DNA of 64,000 nt from Promethearchaeota archaeon Loki_b32 (lineage in GTDB: Archaea > Asgardarchaeota > Lokiarchaeia > Sigyniarchaeales > SOKP01): positions 32,001 through 96,000 of the forward strand of contig NJBH01000005.1 of NCBI GenBank assembly GCA_005223125.1, written 5' to 3'. Below the pieces are notes generated by a model. The model had not been told where the DNA came from. It saw only the letters and a list, made by a program, of their open reading frames with translations, and did no database searches. The position numbers and the translations under genes are program-made. Shown piece by piece: positions 1 through 10,111 of the stretch. Position 1 is the stretch's first letter; every line of letters starts with the position of its first letter.

Positions 1-1208
1 AAGATTGAAAGAATATTATTCCCAAATCCTCCAAAGTTGCATGTTATCCCCGTTTCAGCACCATCAACTTGTCTTTTTCCAGCTTCACCTCTTAATTGCC
101 AAACCAACTCTACAACTTGAGCTACACCCGTAGCGCCTAAAGGGTGACCCCGTGCTTTTAAGCCTCCAGAAGGATTTATTGGGATTTTACCTCCAATTTC
201 AGTTAAACCTTCATGAGCAGCTTTAGCACCTTCTCCTTTCTTAAAAAATCCAATGTCTTCTGATTGGACGGCTTCGAGAATTTCAAATGCATCATGTAAT
301 TCAGCAACATCTATGTCGTTTGGAGTTTTCTTCGCCATTTTATATGCTTGCTCTGAGCAAATTCTTAAAGCTTTAAGAATGGTAATATCTTCACGCTCAT
401 ATACTATGTGAGTATCTGTAGCCTGCCCAATACCTGAAATTAGGATGGGTGCTTCGCTGTATTCCTTCGCTTTATCAGCATTACATAAAATTAAAGCAGC
501 AGCTCCATCTGAAATTGGGCAAATATGAAAAAGTCTTAAAGGGTCTGCTATTATTGGATTGGTTTTATCATCCTTAAGGAAATCATAAACATCATCCCAA
601 TTCCCTTTACCTTTTTGAATGGCACTCTTCATAAAATCTTCAATAGTTCTTTGAAAATGCGCTTTTGGATTTAATGCTCCATTATAATGATTTTTAATCG
701 CAATGTCTGAAATCCATTTTAGTTTCGCATCATATTTTTCAAGATAAGCACGAGTAAGCAAGCCTGCTAATGATGGTAGTGAAACTCCATGGCGTCTTTC
801 TGCTTCTGGATGAGTTAAAGTAGCTACATTAGAAGTAACATAACCAGGTGTGGTAATATGAGTCATTTTTTCACCTCCGACAACTAATACTAAATCACTC
901 ATTCCAGAAGTAATTGCTTGAAACCCGGCTTTAACTGCTGATCCACCACTCGCAGGACCATTCTTAATATGATCAGCGGCAGCAGGTAATAAGCTTAATT
1001 TGTCTACAAGAGCACTAGCAATCCCCGAAAGTTGATTAAAAGCTCCTGGACTCATTGCTCCCACATAAACAGAATCGAAATCTTTATTAGTTGTATTAGA
1101 ATCTTCTATAGCTTCTAAAGATGCTTCACACAAGAGATCCATTAAGCCTTTATCGTTTAATCTACCAAATTTTGTATGACCCACTCCAACAATGGCTACT
1201 TTCTTCAT
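1..1208 (-). CDS. Thiolase-family (SCP2/archaeal type) protein, 3' end just outside the window
   Basis: Not in the ORF track. Manual translation from ATG 1208 gives MKKVAIVGVGHTKFG...GGEKMTH...AELHDAF...KARGHPLGATG...CNFGGFGNN. The usual CxS nucleophile position reads NGPASGG. Confidence 0.9.
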   Translation of the reverse strand, partial: MKKVAIVGVGHTKFGRLNDKGLMDLLCEASLEAIEDSNTTNKDFDSVYVGAMSPGAFNQLSGIASALVDKLSLLPAAADHIKNGPASGGSAVKAGFQAITSGMSDLVLVVGGEKMTHITTPGYVTSNVATLTHPEAERRHGVSLPSLAGLLTRAYLEKYDAKLKWISDIAIKNHYNGALNPKAHFQRTIEDFMKSAIQKGKGNWDDVYDFLKDDKTNPIIADPLRLFHICPISDGAAALILCNADKAKEYSEAPILISGIGQATDTHIVYEREDITILKALRICSEQAYKMAKKTPNDIDVAELHDAFEILEAVQSEDIGFFKKGEGAKAAHEGLTEIGGKIPINPSGGLKARGHPLGATGVAQVVELVWQLRGEAGKRQVDGAETGITCNFGGFGNNILSI

Positions 1209-1418
1209 TATAATCTCAATCTTTTATCAATAATAAAAAAAGAATAATAGTAATTTTGGATATTCAATCACTGATTCTTTTATGAATATTCTCTAATACT
1301 GTTTGTTTATAAAACCATATGTAATTTTACTAATTAATTTTATTTATAATTCTAATATGTACATATATGGAACAATTTAAAAATTAACAGAGAAATTAAA
1401 TTAGAGAGGAATAATATC

Positions 1419-2318
1419 TTGCTAAAGGGAATCCATTTTTTATTAACCTATGCCTGTAATTATACATGTGATCATTGTTTTTTATATTGTAACCCAAACT
1501 CAAAAGGAACGTTTACTCTGGCTCAAATAAGAAAGGTTCTTGATGAAGCGAAAAAGATTGGAACAGTTGAATGGATATTTTTTGAAGGAGGTGAACCTTT
1601 TCTCTATTATCCTATAATGGTAGAGGGGCTTAGATTAGCAAATGAATTAGGTTTTAAAACAGGTTTAGTCTCTAATTCATATTGGGCAACAAGTGTGGAA
1701 GATGCGGAAATTTGGCTTAAACCTATTTCTGAAATTGGAATTTCAGATTTTAGCATAAGTAATGATACTTTTCATTACGATGATGAACAATTAAATTTAG
1801 CTAAGAGAGCTGAGAAAGCAGCGAAAAATTTAGATTTGCCTTTATTCTCGATTTGCATTGAAGAGCCAAAGGTAAAAATTGATAAAAAGTATGAAAAGGG
1901 AGAACCCGTAATTGGAGGAGGAGTAAAGTTTAGAGGAAGAGCTGTTGCAACTTTAATTGAAGGTTTACCTCGAAGATCATGGGAGGAAATGAACGAGTGT
2001 CCATATGAAGATTTAGAAGATCTTGGAAGAGTTCATATAGATTCATTTGGGAACGTTCATATTTGCCAAGGATTAAGTCTTGGAAATATGCGGCAAACCC
2101 CTCTCTCAGATTTAATTAAGAAGTATGATGCAAATACTCACCCAATTTGTGGGCCTTTAATTCGAGGTGGGCCTGCTCAATTAATTAAAGAATATGGAGT
2201 AGAGCATGAGGATAAATATGTTGATGAGTGCCATCTTTGTTATCATGCAAGAATTAAGCTTTTAGATAAATTTCCACAATGTCTTGCTCCTAAGCAAGTT
2301 TATGGTTTAGAGGAATAA
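1419..2318 (+). CDS. Radical SAM protein with C-terminal Cys-rich SPASM/twitch-like region
   Basis: CNYTCDHC (CxxxCxxC), GGEPF, further Cys in ECPY/HICQG/ECHLC. Confidence 0.9.
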   Translation: MLKGIHFLLTYACNYTCDHCFLYCNPNSKGTFTLAQIRKVLDEAKKIGTVEWIFFEGGEPFLYYPIMVEGLRLANELGFKTGLVSNSYWATSVEDAEIWLKPISEIGISDFSISNDTFHYDDEQLNLAKRAEKAAKNLDLPLFSICIEEPKVKIDKKYEKGEPVIGGGVKFRGRAVATLIEGLPRRSWEEMNECPYEDLEDLGRVHIDSFGNVHICQGLSLGNMRQTPLSDLIKKYDANTHPICGPLIRGGPAQLIKEYGVEHEDKYVDECHLCYHARIKLLDKFPQCLAPKQVYGLEE

Positions 2319-2411
2319 ATAGGAATTATTTTCTAAATTATAGTTCATCCATAGGATATGTTAATATATTAATGGATTAATAGACCAATCATTAAATACA
2401 ACTTATTTTGT

Positions 2412-5400
2412 ATGTATAAATATAAGGGGAAGGCACAATCATATCTTCTCTCTTTTTATCTGAATTTTAAGTGGGTAAAAATGTTTGAGGTAGGGGTATT
2501 TACTGATCCTTTGGAAGAAAAATTTAAATTGATAACAGAAAATGTAAATGAACTAATTTCAATTGTAAATAAAGATTATATCATTGAATTCATAAACATG
2601 GTTCCTCATTTAAATGTGTTAGGTTATAATGAGGAAGATTTAAAAGGAAAATCTTGGTTAAAGTTAGTTCATCCTAAAGATCTTAAAAAAGTTAAAAATA
2701 ATTTGAAATTGGATTCTGAACATATGCATTTAATTAGAGAAATAAGGTTAATTGATAAAAAGGGAAATTTTAAAAAATTTAAATTTGATGTTAGAGCATT
2801 TGTAGATAATAGTAATACTAATAAATTTATAATAATCTTAAGTAATATCACTAAACTTATAGATAAAAGAGAAACAGAGCAACAGTTAAAAGAATCAGAA
2901 GAAAAGTTCAGAACTATTACAGAACAATCATTAATGGGTATTATAATCTTACAGAACAGTAAAATCCAATATATAAATAAAACAGCAGCTCATATGGTTG
3001 ATTATACACCTAATGAAATTTTAAATTTTCCTTCTAGAGGTTATATTAATTTAATATATCATGCAGATAGAAAAATGGTAATAAAACAAGCTAAAAAGAG
3101 GCAAAGGGGAATTAAAACCAAAATTACTGGATATGAATGTCGATGTCTAAAAAAGAATGGAGATCTTATTTGGCTTCAAATTTATTCAAAAACAATAACA
3201 TATCATGGAAAATTCGCAGATTTAATTACAGTAATTGATATTACTGATAAGAAAAAAGCAGAGATCAAATCAAAAGAGTCTGAGCAAACTTTAAGGTATC
3301 TACTTTCATCCAATCCAATTGTAATCTATACATCTCGGATTACTGAAGTTCGGGTGTTCACCTTTGTAAGCGAAAATGTTAGAGATATGACTGGTTACTC
3401 TCCAGAGGATTTCATAAAGAAATCACATTTTTGGAATTTAAAAATCCATCCAGAAGATAAGGATAGGATCCAATCACAATTAAGAAATTTATCTAAAAAA
3501 GATAATTTAGGTCTAGAATATCGATTTAGATTTAAGGATGGGATTTATCATTGGATTCAAGATGAGTTTAAAATTGTAAAAGATAAGAAAGGACTCCTCT
3601 TAGAAACAATTGGCTCTTGGGTAGATGTCTCTGTAAATAAAAATATTGAAGAAAAAGTGAAGTTTCAAGCTAAACTTGTTGAGACAATCTCAGATGCAAT
3701 AATTTCTACAGATTTAAAGTTTAATATTATTACATGGAATAAAGCAGCCGAATCAATTTATGGTTGGAAAGCAGAAGAAGTAAAGAGAAAAAATATTAGT
3801 GATGTTATTCCGATTGAATATCCATACGATGACCAAGATATTGTGTTAAAGGAGTTTTTTGAAATAGGAAAATGGAAAGGGGAGGTAATTCAACCACGGA
3901 AAAATGGTAATTTAATTAATATTTTAACTTCAATTTCCATGATTAAAGGCAATAATGGTAAACCCATTGGAGTTGTAGCAATTAATCGTAACATCACTGA
4001 ACGTAAGAAAGCTGAGCAAGAATTAAAAGAATCGGAAATGAAATATCGAGATTTATTTGAAAATTCTCCAATTGCATTATTTGAACAAGATTTTTCTGAA
4101 TTAAAAACTTATTTAGATGATTTGAGAGCTTCAGGAGTAAGTGATTTTGAAAAATATTTAGACGAGAATCCTGAAGAAATTATGAATTTCACCTCTATGA
4201 TCAAGTTAATTGATATAAATAGAAAAACAGTGGAGCTATACAATGTTAATAGTAAAGATGATTTCATTAAATGGAAATGCAAAATAGAAAAAAGATTATT
4301 TCAAGAAGACATGACTCCAGAAGTACTTTTAACAAATAAGCAAGAGTTATTATCTTTAATCCATGGAGAAACTACGTTCGAATCAGAAGTTGTCACTAAA
4401 ACCTTCACAGGTGAAAAAATTTATGTCTATATGAAAACATTGATTATTCCTGGATATGAAAAAACTTGGTCAAAAGTTATTGTGTCTCTCTTAAATATAA
4501 GCGATCGAATTAAAACGGAGCTAAAGTTAAAAGAATCAGAGGAAAAATTCAGAACAATTGCAGAACAATCTTCATTAGGGATGATTATTCAGCAAGATGG
4601 CTTTATTAAATTTGCGAATTCAGCTGTTTCAGATATTATTGAGTATCCATTGGAAGAAATTCATAAATGGACTGCAGAAGAGACTCTACAATTCGTATAT
4701 AAAGAAGATTTGCCACTAATAATTGATAAATTAAAACAAAGACAGGAGGGTGATTTTGAGTCTATAAATCAATATGAATGCAGAGCAATTACAAAATCAG
4801 GTAAAATTAAATGGATAAACGTCTATACAAAACCTATTATTTATCAAGGGAAGAATGCAGTTTTATCAACATTTATAGATATCACAGAGAAAAAGAAAGT
4901 AGAAGAAGAACTAAAAGATGTAAGTCGATTAAAATCAGATTTAATAAGTAGGACATCTCATGAATTAAAAACACCTTTGGTTTCAATAAAGGGATATGCT
5001 GATTTACTATTAAGCCAACATTATGAAGAACTCGACTTTTATACAATTTCGGTATTACATGAGATTAAACAAGGTTGTTATCGACTAGAATCATTAATAA
5101 AAGATCTTTTAGAGACCTCTGAATTAGAAACTGGAGAGGTAGAATTAAACAAGTTAAAGGATGATCTTGCATTTCTAATCAGGTTTTGTGTGAAAGATTT
5201 AAAGGGATTGATAGAAACGAGAAAACATAATTTAATTTTAGATATACCAGAGAATTTGGTTACATTATTTGAAAAAGAAAGAATCTATGAAGTTGTAATA
5301 AATCTATTAAGCAATGCGATTAAATATACACCGCCAAATGGACGAATCATAATTAACTCTGAAAGTAAGGATAATAACTATATTGTATCGATAAAAGATA

Positions 5401-5624
5401 ATGGAATCGATTTAACAGATGAAGAAAAAGAGAAGATCTTCAAAAAATTTGGAAAGATTGAACGATATGGTAAAGGTTTGGATGTTGTGTCCGAAGGTTC
5501 AGGTCTAGGTCTCTATATTTCAATGAAGATAATAGAACTCCACGGAGGTCATATATGGGTTGAATCAAAAGGGAGAGATAAAGGTGCTACATTTTCCTTC
5601 TCCTTACCAATTTTAAGTGAATGA
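2412..5624 (+). CDS. Cytoplasmic multi-PAS sensor histidine kinase (true start possibly ATG 2481)
   Basis: Repeated PAS/PAC units with LKESEEKFRTI linkers, H-box SHELKTP, N-box NLLSNAIKY, GSGLGL. G1 box reads DNGIDL. Confidence 0.93.
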   Translation: MYKYKGKAQSYLLSFYLNFKWVKMFEVGVFTDPLEEKFKLITENVNELISIVNKDYIIEFINMVPHLNVLGYNEEDLKGKSWLKLVHPKDLKKVKNNLKLDSEHMHLIREIRLIDKKGNFKKFKFDVRAFVDNSNTNKFIIILSNITKLIDKRETEQQLKESEEKFRTITEQSLMGIIILQNSKIQYINKTAAHMVDYTPNEILNFPSRGYINLIYHADRKMVIKQAKKRQRGIKTKITGYECRCLKKNGDLIWLQIYSKTITYHGKFADLITVIDITDKKKAEIKSKESEQTLRYLLSSNPIVIYTSRITEVRVFTFVSENVRDMTGYSPEDFIKKSHFWNLKIHPEDKDRIQSQLRNLSKKDNLGLEYRFRFKDGIYHWIQDEFKIVKDKKGLLLETIGSWVDVSVNKNIEEKVKFQAKLVETISDAIISTDLKFNIITWNKAAESIYGWKAEEVKRKNISDVIPIEYPYDDQDIVLKEFFEIGKWKGEVIQPRKNGNLINILTSISMIKGNNGKPIGVVAINRNITERKKAEQELKESEMKYRDLFENSPIALFEQDFSELKTYLDDLRASGVSDFEKYLDENPEEIMNFTSMIKLIDINRKTVELYNVNSKDDFIKWKCKIEKRLFQEDMTPEVLLTNKQELLSLIHGETTFESEVVTKTFTGEKIYVYMKTLIIPGYEKTWSKVIVSLLNISDRIKTELKLKESEEKFRTIAEQSSLGMIIQQDGFIKFANSAVSDIIEYPLEEIHKWTAEETLQFVYKEDLPLIIDKLKQRQEGDFESINQYECRAITKSGKIKWINVYTKPIIYQGKNAVLSTFIDITEKKKVEEELKDVSRLKSDLISRTSHELKTPLVSIKGYADLLLSQHYEELDFYTISVLHEIKQGCYRLESLIKDLLETSELETGEVELNKLKDDLAFLIRFCVKDLKGLIETRKHNLILDIPENLVTLFEKERIYEVVINLLSNAIKYTPPNGRIIINSESKDNNYIVSIKDNGIDLTDEEKEKIFKKFGKIERYGKGLDVVSEGSGLGLYISMKIIELHGGHIWVESKGRDKGATFSFSLPILSE

Positions 5625-5796
5625 ATTAGCTAATTCTTTATATTTTTTATTTAAGCTTTTTCATTTAAAAGAATTCAAATATTCGAACTTTATTCTTATA
5701 ATATAAATTATATAAATTTCATTTGTTCTCTTTTGAAGGTAGATTACAATTACATACATAGATAAGGAAAAATTACGGACTTTATTTAAATGGTAT

Positions 5797-6942
5797 ATGC
5801 AAGAAGTAGGTGATTCTTTAGTTTCAGTTCTTGTTGTAGATAGAGAGGGATTGGTTGTTGATATATTAACAATAGATTCTGATAAATCGGATGAAAAAAA
5901 GTTTATTGGAGCTTTTAGTTCTTTAGTTGAATTGGTACTAAAAAAATTGACTCAAGATTTTGATCTTGGAACTTTTGGTGCCGGGACATTTGATACAGAT
6001 AAATACCGATTTATTTTTTGTGAGTCTGGATCTAGCCATGTTTTAGTTTCCATTCTCAATCATACGACGTTAGTTGATGACGTATTTCCATATACTTATT
6101 TAACTGCTGACAAAGTAGCGAGGATTATAGATGGAGAATTACCAGTTAGCCCTGTGATTCCTAAAATAAAAAGAGATACTGAACTTGAAAAAGTAAAGAG
6201 AAAAATGGAATACTATCAAAGCAAACCTCATTCACAAGAATATGTTTATAAACTTTCTCTAATCGGAGATGGAGGCGTTGGTAAAACTAGCATGGCACAA
6301 AGATACGTTCATGGAATATTTAAAGCAGATTACAAAGCAACAATTGGTACATATATTTCTAAGAAAGAATGCAAATTTAAAGAATTGAATACTTTTGTAA
6401 GATTTATGATATGGGATTTAGCAGGACAAAGTCAATTTGAACGATTATGGCCAGATTATTTGACAGATTCCCGTGCAGGAATCATAGTTTTTGATATAAC
6501 AAACCAAGAATCATTTGACCATGTAAAGATGTGGTATGATATTATCAAACGAGTCGCATTACCTAATATTATATTAATTCTTGTAGGAAATAAAGTGGAT
6601 CTAAATACATCCAGAATTATTTCTACAGAACAAGCTTTAGAATTAGCTAAGGAATTAGGAATCTATTATATGGAGACCTCAACAAAAACAAATGAAAATA
6701 TTGATAACGTGTTTAAGTGGATTGCACTTCAAATCATTAATTTGAATATCGAAGAAGTAAAAGATACATTATTTGATAAACAAATCGAAGAGGGCTCAAA
6801 ATTTGTTATTTCAAGCCCACAATTAACAATTTTGAATCAATATTTCGCTAAGCAACTAGACTTCTGTATAGGAAAAAGTGATACTAAAGAAATCATTAAA
6901 TACTTAGACATTTTAAAAGCAATTGGAAAAAATAAATTATAA
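5797..6942 (+). CDS. Roadblock-domain / Rab-like small GTPase fusion (may start at ATT 5749)
   Basis: N-terminal roadblock-like SVLVVDREGLVV; G1 GDGGVGKT, YKATIG, G3 WDLAGQ, G4 GNKVD, G5 ETSTK; no CaaX. Confidence 0.9.
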   Translation: MQEVGDSLVSVLVVDREGLVVDILTIDSDKSDEKKFIGAFSSLVELVLKKLTQDFDLGTFGAGTFDTDKYRFIFCESGSSHVLVSILNHTTLVDDVFPYTYLTADKVARIIDGELPVSPVIPKIKRDTELEKVKRKMEYYQSKPHSQEYVYKLSLIGDGGVGKTSMAQRYVHGIFKADYKATIGTYISKKECKFKELNTFVRFMIWDLAGQSQFERLWPDYLTDSRAGIIVFDITNQESFDHVKMWYDIIKRVALPNIILILVGNKVDLNTSRIISTEQALELAKELGIYYMETSTKTNENIDNVFKWIALQIINLNIEEVKDTLFDKQIEEGSKFVISSPQLTILNQYFAKQLDFCIGKSDTKEIIKYLDILKAIGKNKL

Positions 6943-6959
6943 AAAATTCTGGAATTAAA

Positions 6960-9848
6960 TCAAACATCAATATAAAGAGCAGGTTTAAATGGTTTTGCTC
7001 TAATGGCCCTATGTTTGGGATCAAAATCAGAGTTTATTACAATAACAGATTTAACTCGCTTTTCTAGATACGATTTATAATGCTCTAGCAACTTTATCTC
7101 ATCAATTTGTGGTATTTTCTTCTCCCAAATCCGTTCTTTTAATTGAGTTTTAATAAAAGGAATAAGATCTTTATTAGATATTAACTCTATATCTTTTTTC
7201 AAATCAGACATTATTTCAGCAAAATTATCCTTTTTTGATATAATTAGATATGAAACTCGATATTTCCATTTAGGGGCTGTATATAAATGTATTTTATTAA
7301 ATTTCTCTGATTTTATTACTTTTTTTATATTGAAAACATCCTCGATGACATTTGAGATATATTCAAATTCAAGTTCAAGTTTGCTATTAATATATTGTTT
7401 ATTAAAATCTCCCCATACTTGAGTTGATATAAAACTCTCATTTCCAGCAATTTCCCATAATTCTTCACATAAATGTGGCATAGTTAGGGAAAGAATTTTC
7501 AACCAATCAGGATAAATTAGTTTAAAAACTGTTAGGAAATCATTTATATTATCTGTATCCCTTGAAAAATCCTGTATCAGATTAAACGCTTCATAAAAAG
7601 ACGTTTGGAGATATCTTCTTATATTAAATTCTTTTAATGCCGCTTCTGCCTCAACGAACTTCTTGATAATTTTTGATAGCATTGCTTTTGAATAATTAGA
7701 TTTAATATTTTCATATTTTGCTTTTTGTTCCCTTAATTGATTAACTTTATCAGAAAAAAATTCGAAGAACTTGAGGACATGGTTTCTAACGGTCTCAATT
7801 TCTTTCTTGCGGAAATCCATGTATGCACTGAAATCAGCATTGTGGGAGATATAAAATCTAAATAAATCAGCCCCGTAATTCTTTTGGATATCCGCAAGAG
7901 AAATTACATTCCCCTTTGACTTACCCATTTTCTGTCCTTCAATAATTACAGGTTCAATTAACGATATTAATTTTGGCCAATTTTTTTCTGGAAAAATTGC
8001 TACATGGTGGAAAATATAAAAACTTAAGTGGTTAGAGATATGCATTATTGCTGTATGACGATGGTCAACAGGGTACCAATAGAGAAACTCATTTCGTAAT
8101 TCATTAAGGATCTCTTTACTAATATTAATCTCTTTAGAGAATTTGCTTGTAACTCCTTTTTCTAAAAAGACATAATCGAAAAATTCTGGAGTCAATTGTT
8201 CTGGTTTGATTTGATAATCTTTTATTTTATATGAAATTGTATAGAAAGCCATATAAATTGTTGAATCACTCAAAGATTCTATTATCCAATCTTTATTAAA
8301 AGGTAGTTTAGTTCCTATTCCTCTTAATCTAGCACACGGTCTTTTTTCTAGCCAATTAAATATATTCTCAAAGTTTAATCGATATTTTTTTGGTACTATT
8401 TTCATCTTATTAAGGCATTTTAACGATTCTTCTTTCCAATCTCCTGCTTCAAAATTAAGAAACCATTGATCCTTTAGAATAGAAACGATAACTTCTGTAC
8501 CACATCTACATGTAAGATTTTTTGTAACAGGAATATATAATTTGTCTGCTTTATTTTCTTCAATCAAGTCATATGAAACTTGTCTAGCAGCATCACTCAC
8601 TTTCATTCCTTGATATTTTCCACATTTATCATTAAGTACACCATTATAATACTCATCTTTATAATTATCACTAGTTGCTAAATCGAGTTTTTCTGTGTCT
8701 TTTTGGGAATCGACTTCAAACTTGTCACAATAGATTTTTGCTGGAAAGTCTTTAAATCCTTTTAATTCAATTATTTTAATTGGATATATTAATTCTATTT
8801 GTCGTTCATTCAGATCATATCTCTTAATTAGATCTTTATTCTTTTGTAAATCGATTAGGGCAATATAATCATAAGGAGCGTGAGCGGGAACTGAATAAAC
8901 AACACCTGTAGCTGTTGAGGTTTCAACAAAATCTCCTGGTAAAATAGGAATTTCTTTAATCCCATAAAAATCTGCTGCATTTTTTCCAATAATTTCTTTT
9001 CCACTAATCTTATCCACGATCTTAACATCTTTCCCTTGATTCTCTAATAAGAATGTTGCTTCTTCAGAGATAAACCAAACTTCATTGTTCACAGAAGCTT
9101 TTATATAGTTTCCATTAGGATTTATCCAGATATTTGTAACTCCATAAATAGTTTCTGGTCTTAGTGTAGATGCAACAAGAAAACCATCTTCAAATGGGAA
9201 TTTAATACATATATATTCATTAATACTTAGATCCAACTCATCTCCCCGTGAAATATCATCTTCTCCAACGGCATTGTTGTCTTGAGGACAATAAAGAATT
9301 GGATATTCACCCTTTTCAATATAATCTCTCTCTTTTAAACGAAAATATTGCCATTCAATAAATTTATTATAAATTAAATCTCCAGTAGTAAATTCTCTCC
9401 TCCAATCTAAACTCATACCAATAGCCTTAAAATCAATTTTCATTGTTTTCGAAAAATAATTAACAACATTCCAAGGTTCTATAAAGCTTTCTACAATTTT
9501 TTTTACTTCTTGACGATCTTTAGTATGTAGACTAACATATTCTTTCATTCGTTCCTTTGTCAATTGATCCTTTCTTCCTATAGAAGAAGAAATTGCTAAA
9601 ACAGGTGTACCTGTAATATGAAATGCCATAGGATATAAAACCTTATATCCTTGTGCTCTATAATACCTTGCAAATATGTCTCCATTTATAAAACTCCTTC
9701 CATGGCCAATATGTAGAGGACCAGAAGCATATGGATAAGGTGATGTTATAAATATTTTCTCTTTGTTAGGATCTGGATTTGCTTCGAATATCCTTTCTTG
9801 CTCCCATCTATCTTGCCATTTCTTTTCAATTTGTTGTGGATCATACAT
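6960..9848 (-). CDS. leuS: Leucine--tRNA ligase, archaeal/eukaryotic type
   Basis: PYASGPLHIGH, STLRPETIYG, GVVYSVPAHAPYDY editing motif, ESLSDSTIY, KMGKS. Confidence 0.97.
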   Translation of the reverse strand: MYDPQQIEKKWQDRWEQERIFEANPDPNKEKIFITSPYPYASGPLHIGHGRSFINGDIFARYYRAQGYKVLYPMAFHITGTPVLAISSSIGRKDQLTKERMKEYVSLHTKDRQEVKKIVESFIEPWNVVNYFSKTMKIDFKAIGMSLDWRREFTTGDLIYNKFIEWQYFRLKERDYIEKGEYPILYCPQDNNAVGEDDISRGDELDLSINEYICIKFPFEDGFLVASTLRPETIYGVTNIWINPNGNYIKASVNNEVWFISEEATFLLENQGKDVKIVDKISGKEIIGKNAADFYGIKEIPILPGDFVETSTATGVVYSVPAHAPYDYIALIDLQKNKDLIKRYDLNERQIELIYPIKIIELKGFKDFPAKIYCDKFEVDSQKDTEKLDLATSDNYKDEYYNGVLNDKCGKYQGMKVSDAARQVSYDLIEENKADKLYIPVTKNLTCRCGTEVIVSILKDQWFLNFEAGDWKEESLKCLNKMKIVPKKYRLNFENIFNWLEKRPCARLRGIGTKLPFNKDWIIESLSDSTIYMAFYTISYKIKDYQIKPEQLTPEFFDYVFLEKGVTSKFSKEINISKEILNELRNEFLYWYPVDHRHTAIMHISNHLSFYIFHHVAIFPEKNWPKLISLIEPVIIEGQKMGKSKGNVISLADIQKNYGADLFRFYISHNADFSAYMDFRKKEIETVRNHVLKFFEFFSDKVNQLREQKAKYENIKSNYSKAMLSKIIKKFVEAEAALKEFNIRRYLQTSFYEAFNLIQDFSRDTDNINDFLTVFKLIYPDWLKILSLTMPHLCEELWEIAGNESFISTQVWGDFNKQYINSKLELEFEYISNVIEDVFNIKKVIKSEKFNKIHLYTAPKWKYRVSYLIISKKDNFAEIMSDLKKDIELISNKDLIPFIKTQLKERIWEKKIPQIDEIKLLEHYKSYLEKRVKSVIVINSDFDPKHRAIRAKPFKPALYIDV

Positions 9849-9949
9849 ATTATTTCACTCTTTTTTGGGTTTTCTCTTCTTTTCTATTTAATTTTTTTTG
9901 GAGTTAAAAACCACCTATAATCTCTTTCAATTAAATTTAAACGCTGAGC

Positions 9950-9998
9950 AAACAAATCCGTAGAAAAATTAAAAGAAAAAGAATATAAGGACTTGTTT
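9950..9998 (-). promoter_or_regulatory. Stem enclosing a U-rich tract in the leuS leader (candidate terminator/antiterminator element)
   Basis: Minus-strand AAACAAGUCC (9998-9989) pairs with GGAUUUGUUU (9959-9950), 10 bp with one G-U, enclosing UUCUUUUUCUUUUAAUUUUUC. Confidence 0.5.
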
Positions 9999-10001
9999 CA
10001 C

Positions 10002-10088
10002 TCAAGATAATAATAAAACTGCGAGTAAATTAACTAAGGATAGTACTTCCCTTACTTTCATCTTTGAAGCAGTTTTATTTGAAATCAT
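10002..10088 (-). CDS. Putative Leu-rich leader peptide (uORF) upstream of leuS: MISNKTASKMKVREVLSLVNLLAVLLLS
   Basis: Open frame from ATG 10088 (second in-frame ATG 10061) to TGA 10004-10002. Seven Leu codons in the last 13 sense codons, ending TTA TTA TTA TCT TGA. Co-oriented with leuS, 153 nt upstream of its start. Confidence 0.6.
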   Translation of the reverse strand: MISNKTASKMKVREVLSLVNLLAVLLLS

Positions 10089-10111
10089 TATAAAGAATAT
10101 ACATGTTTTTG

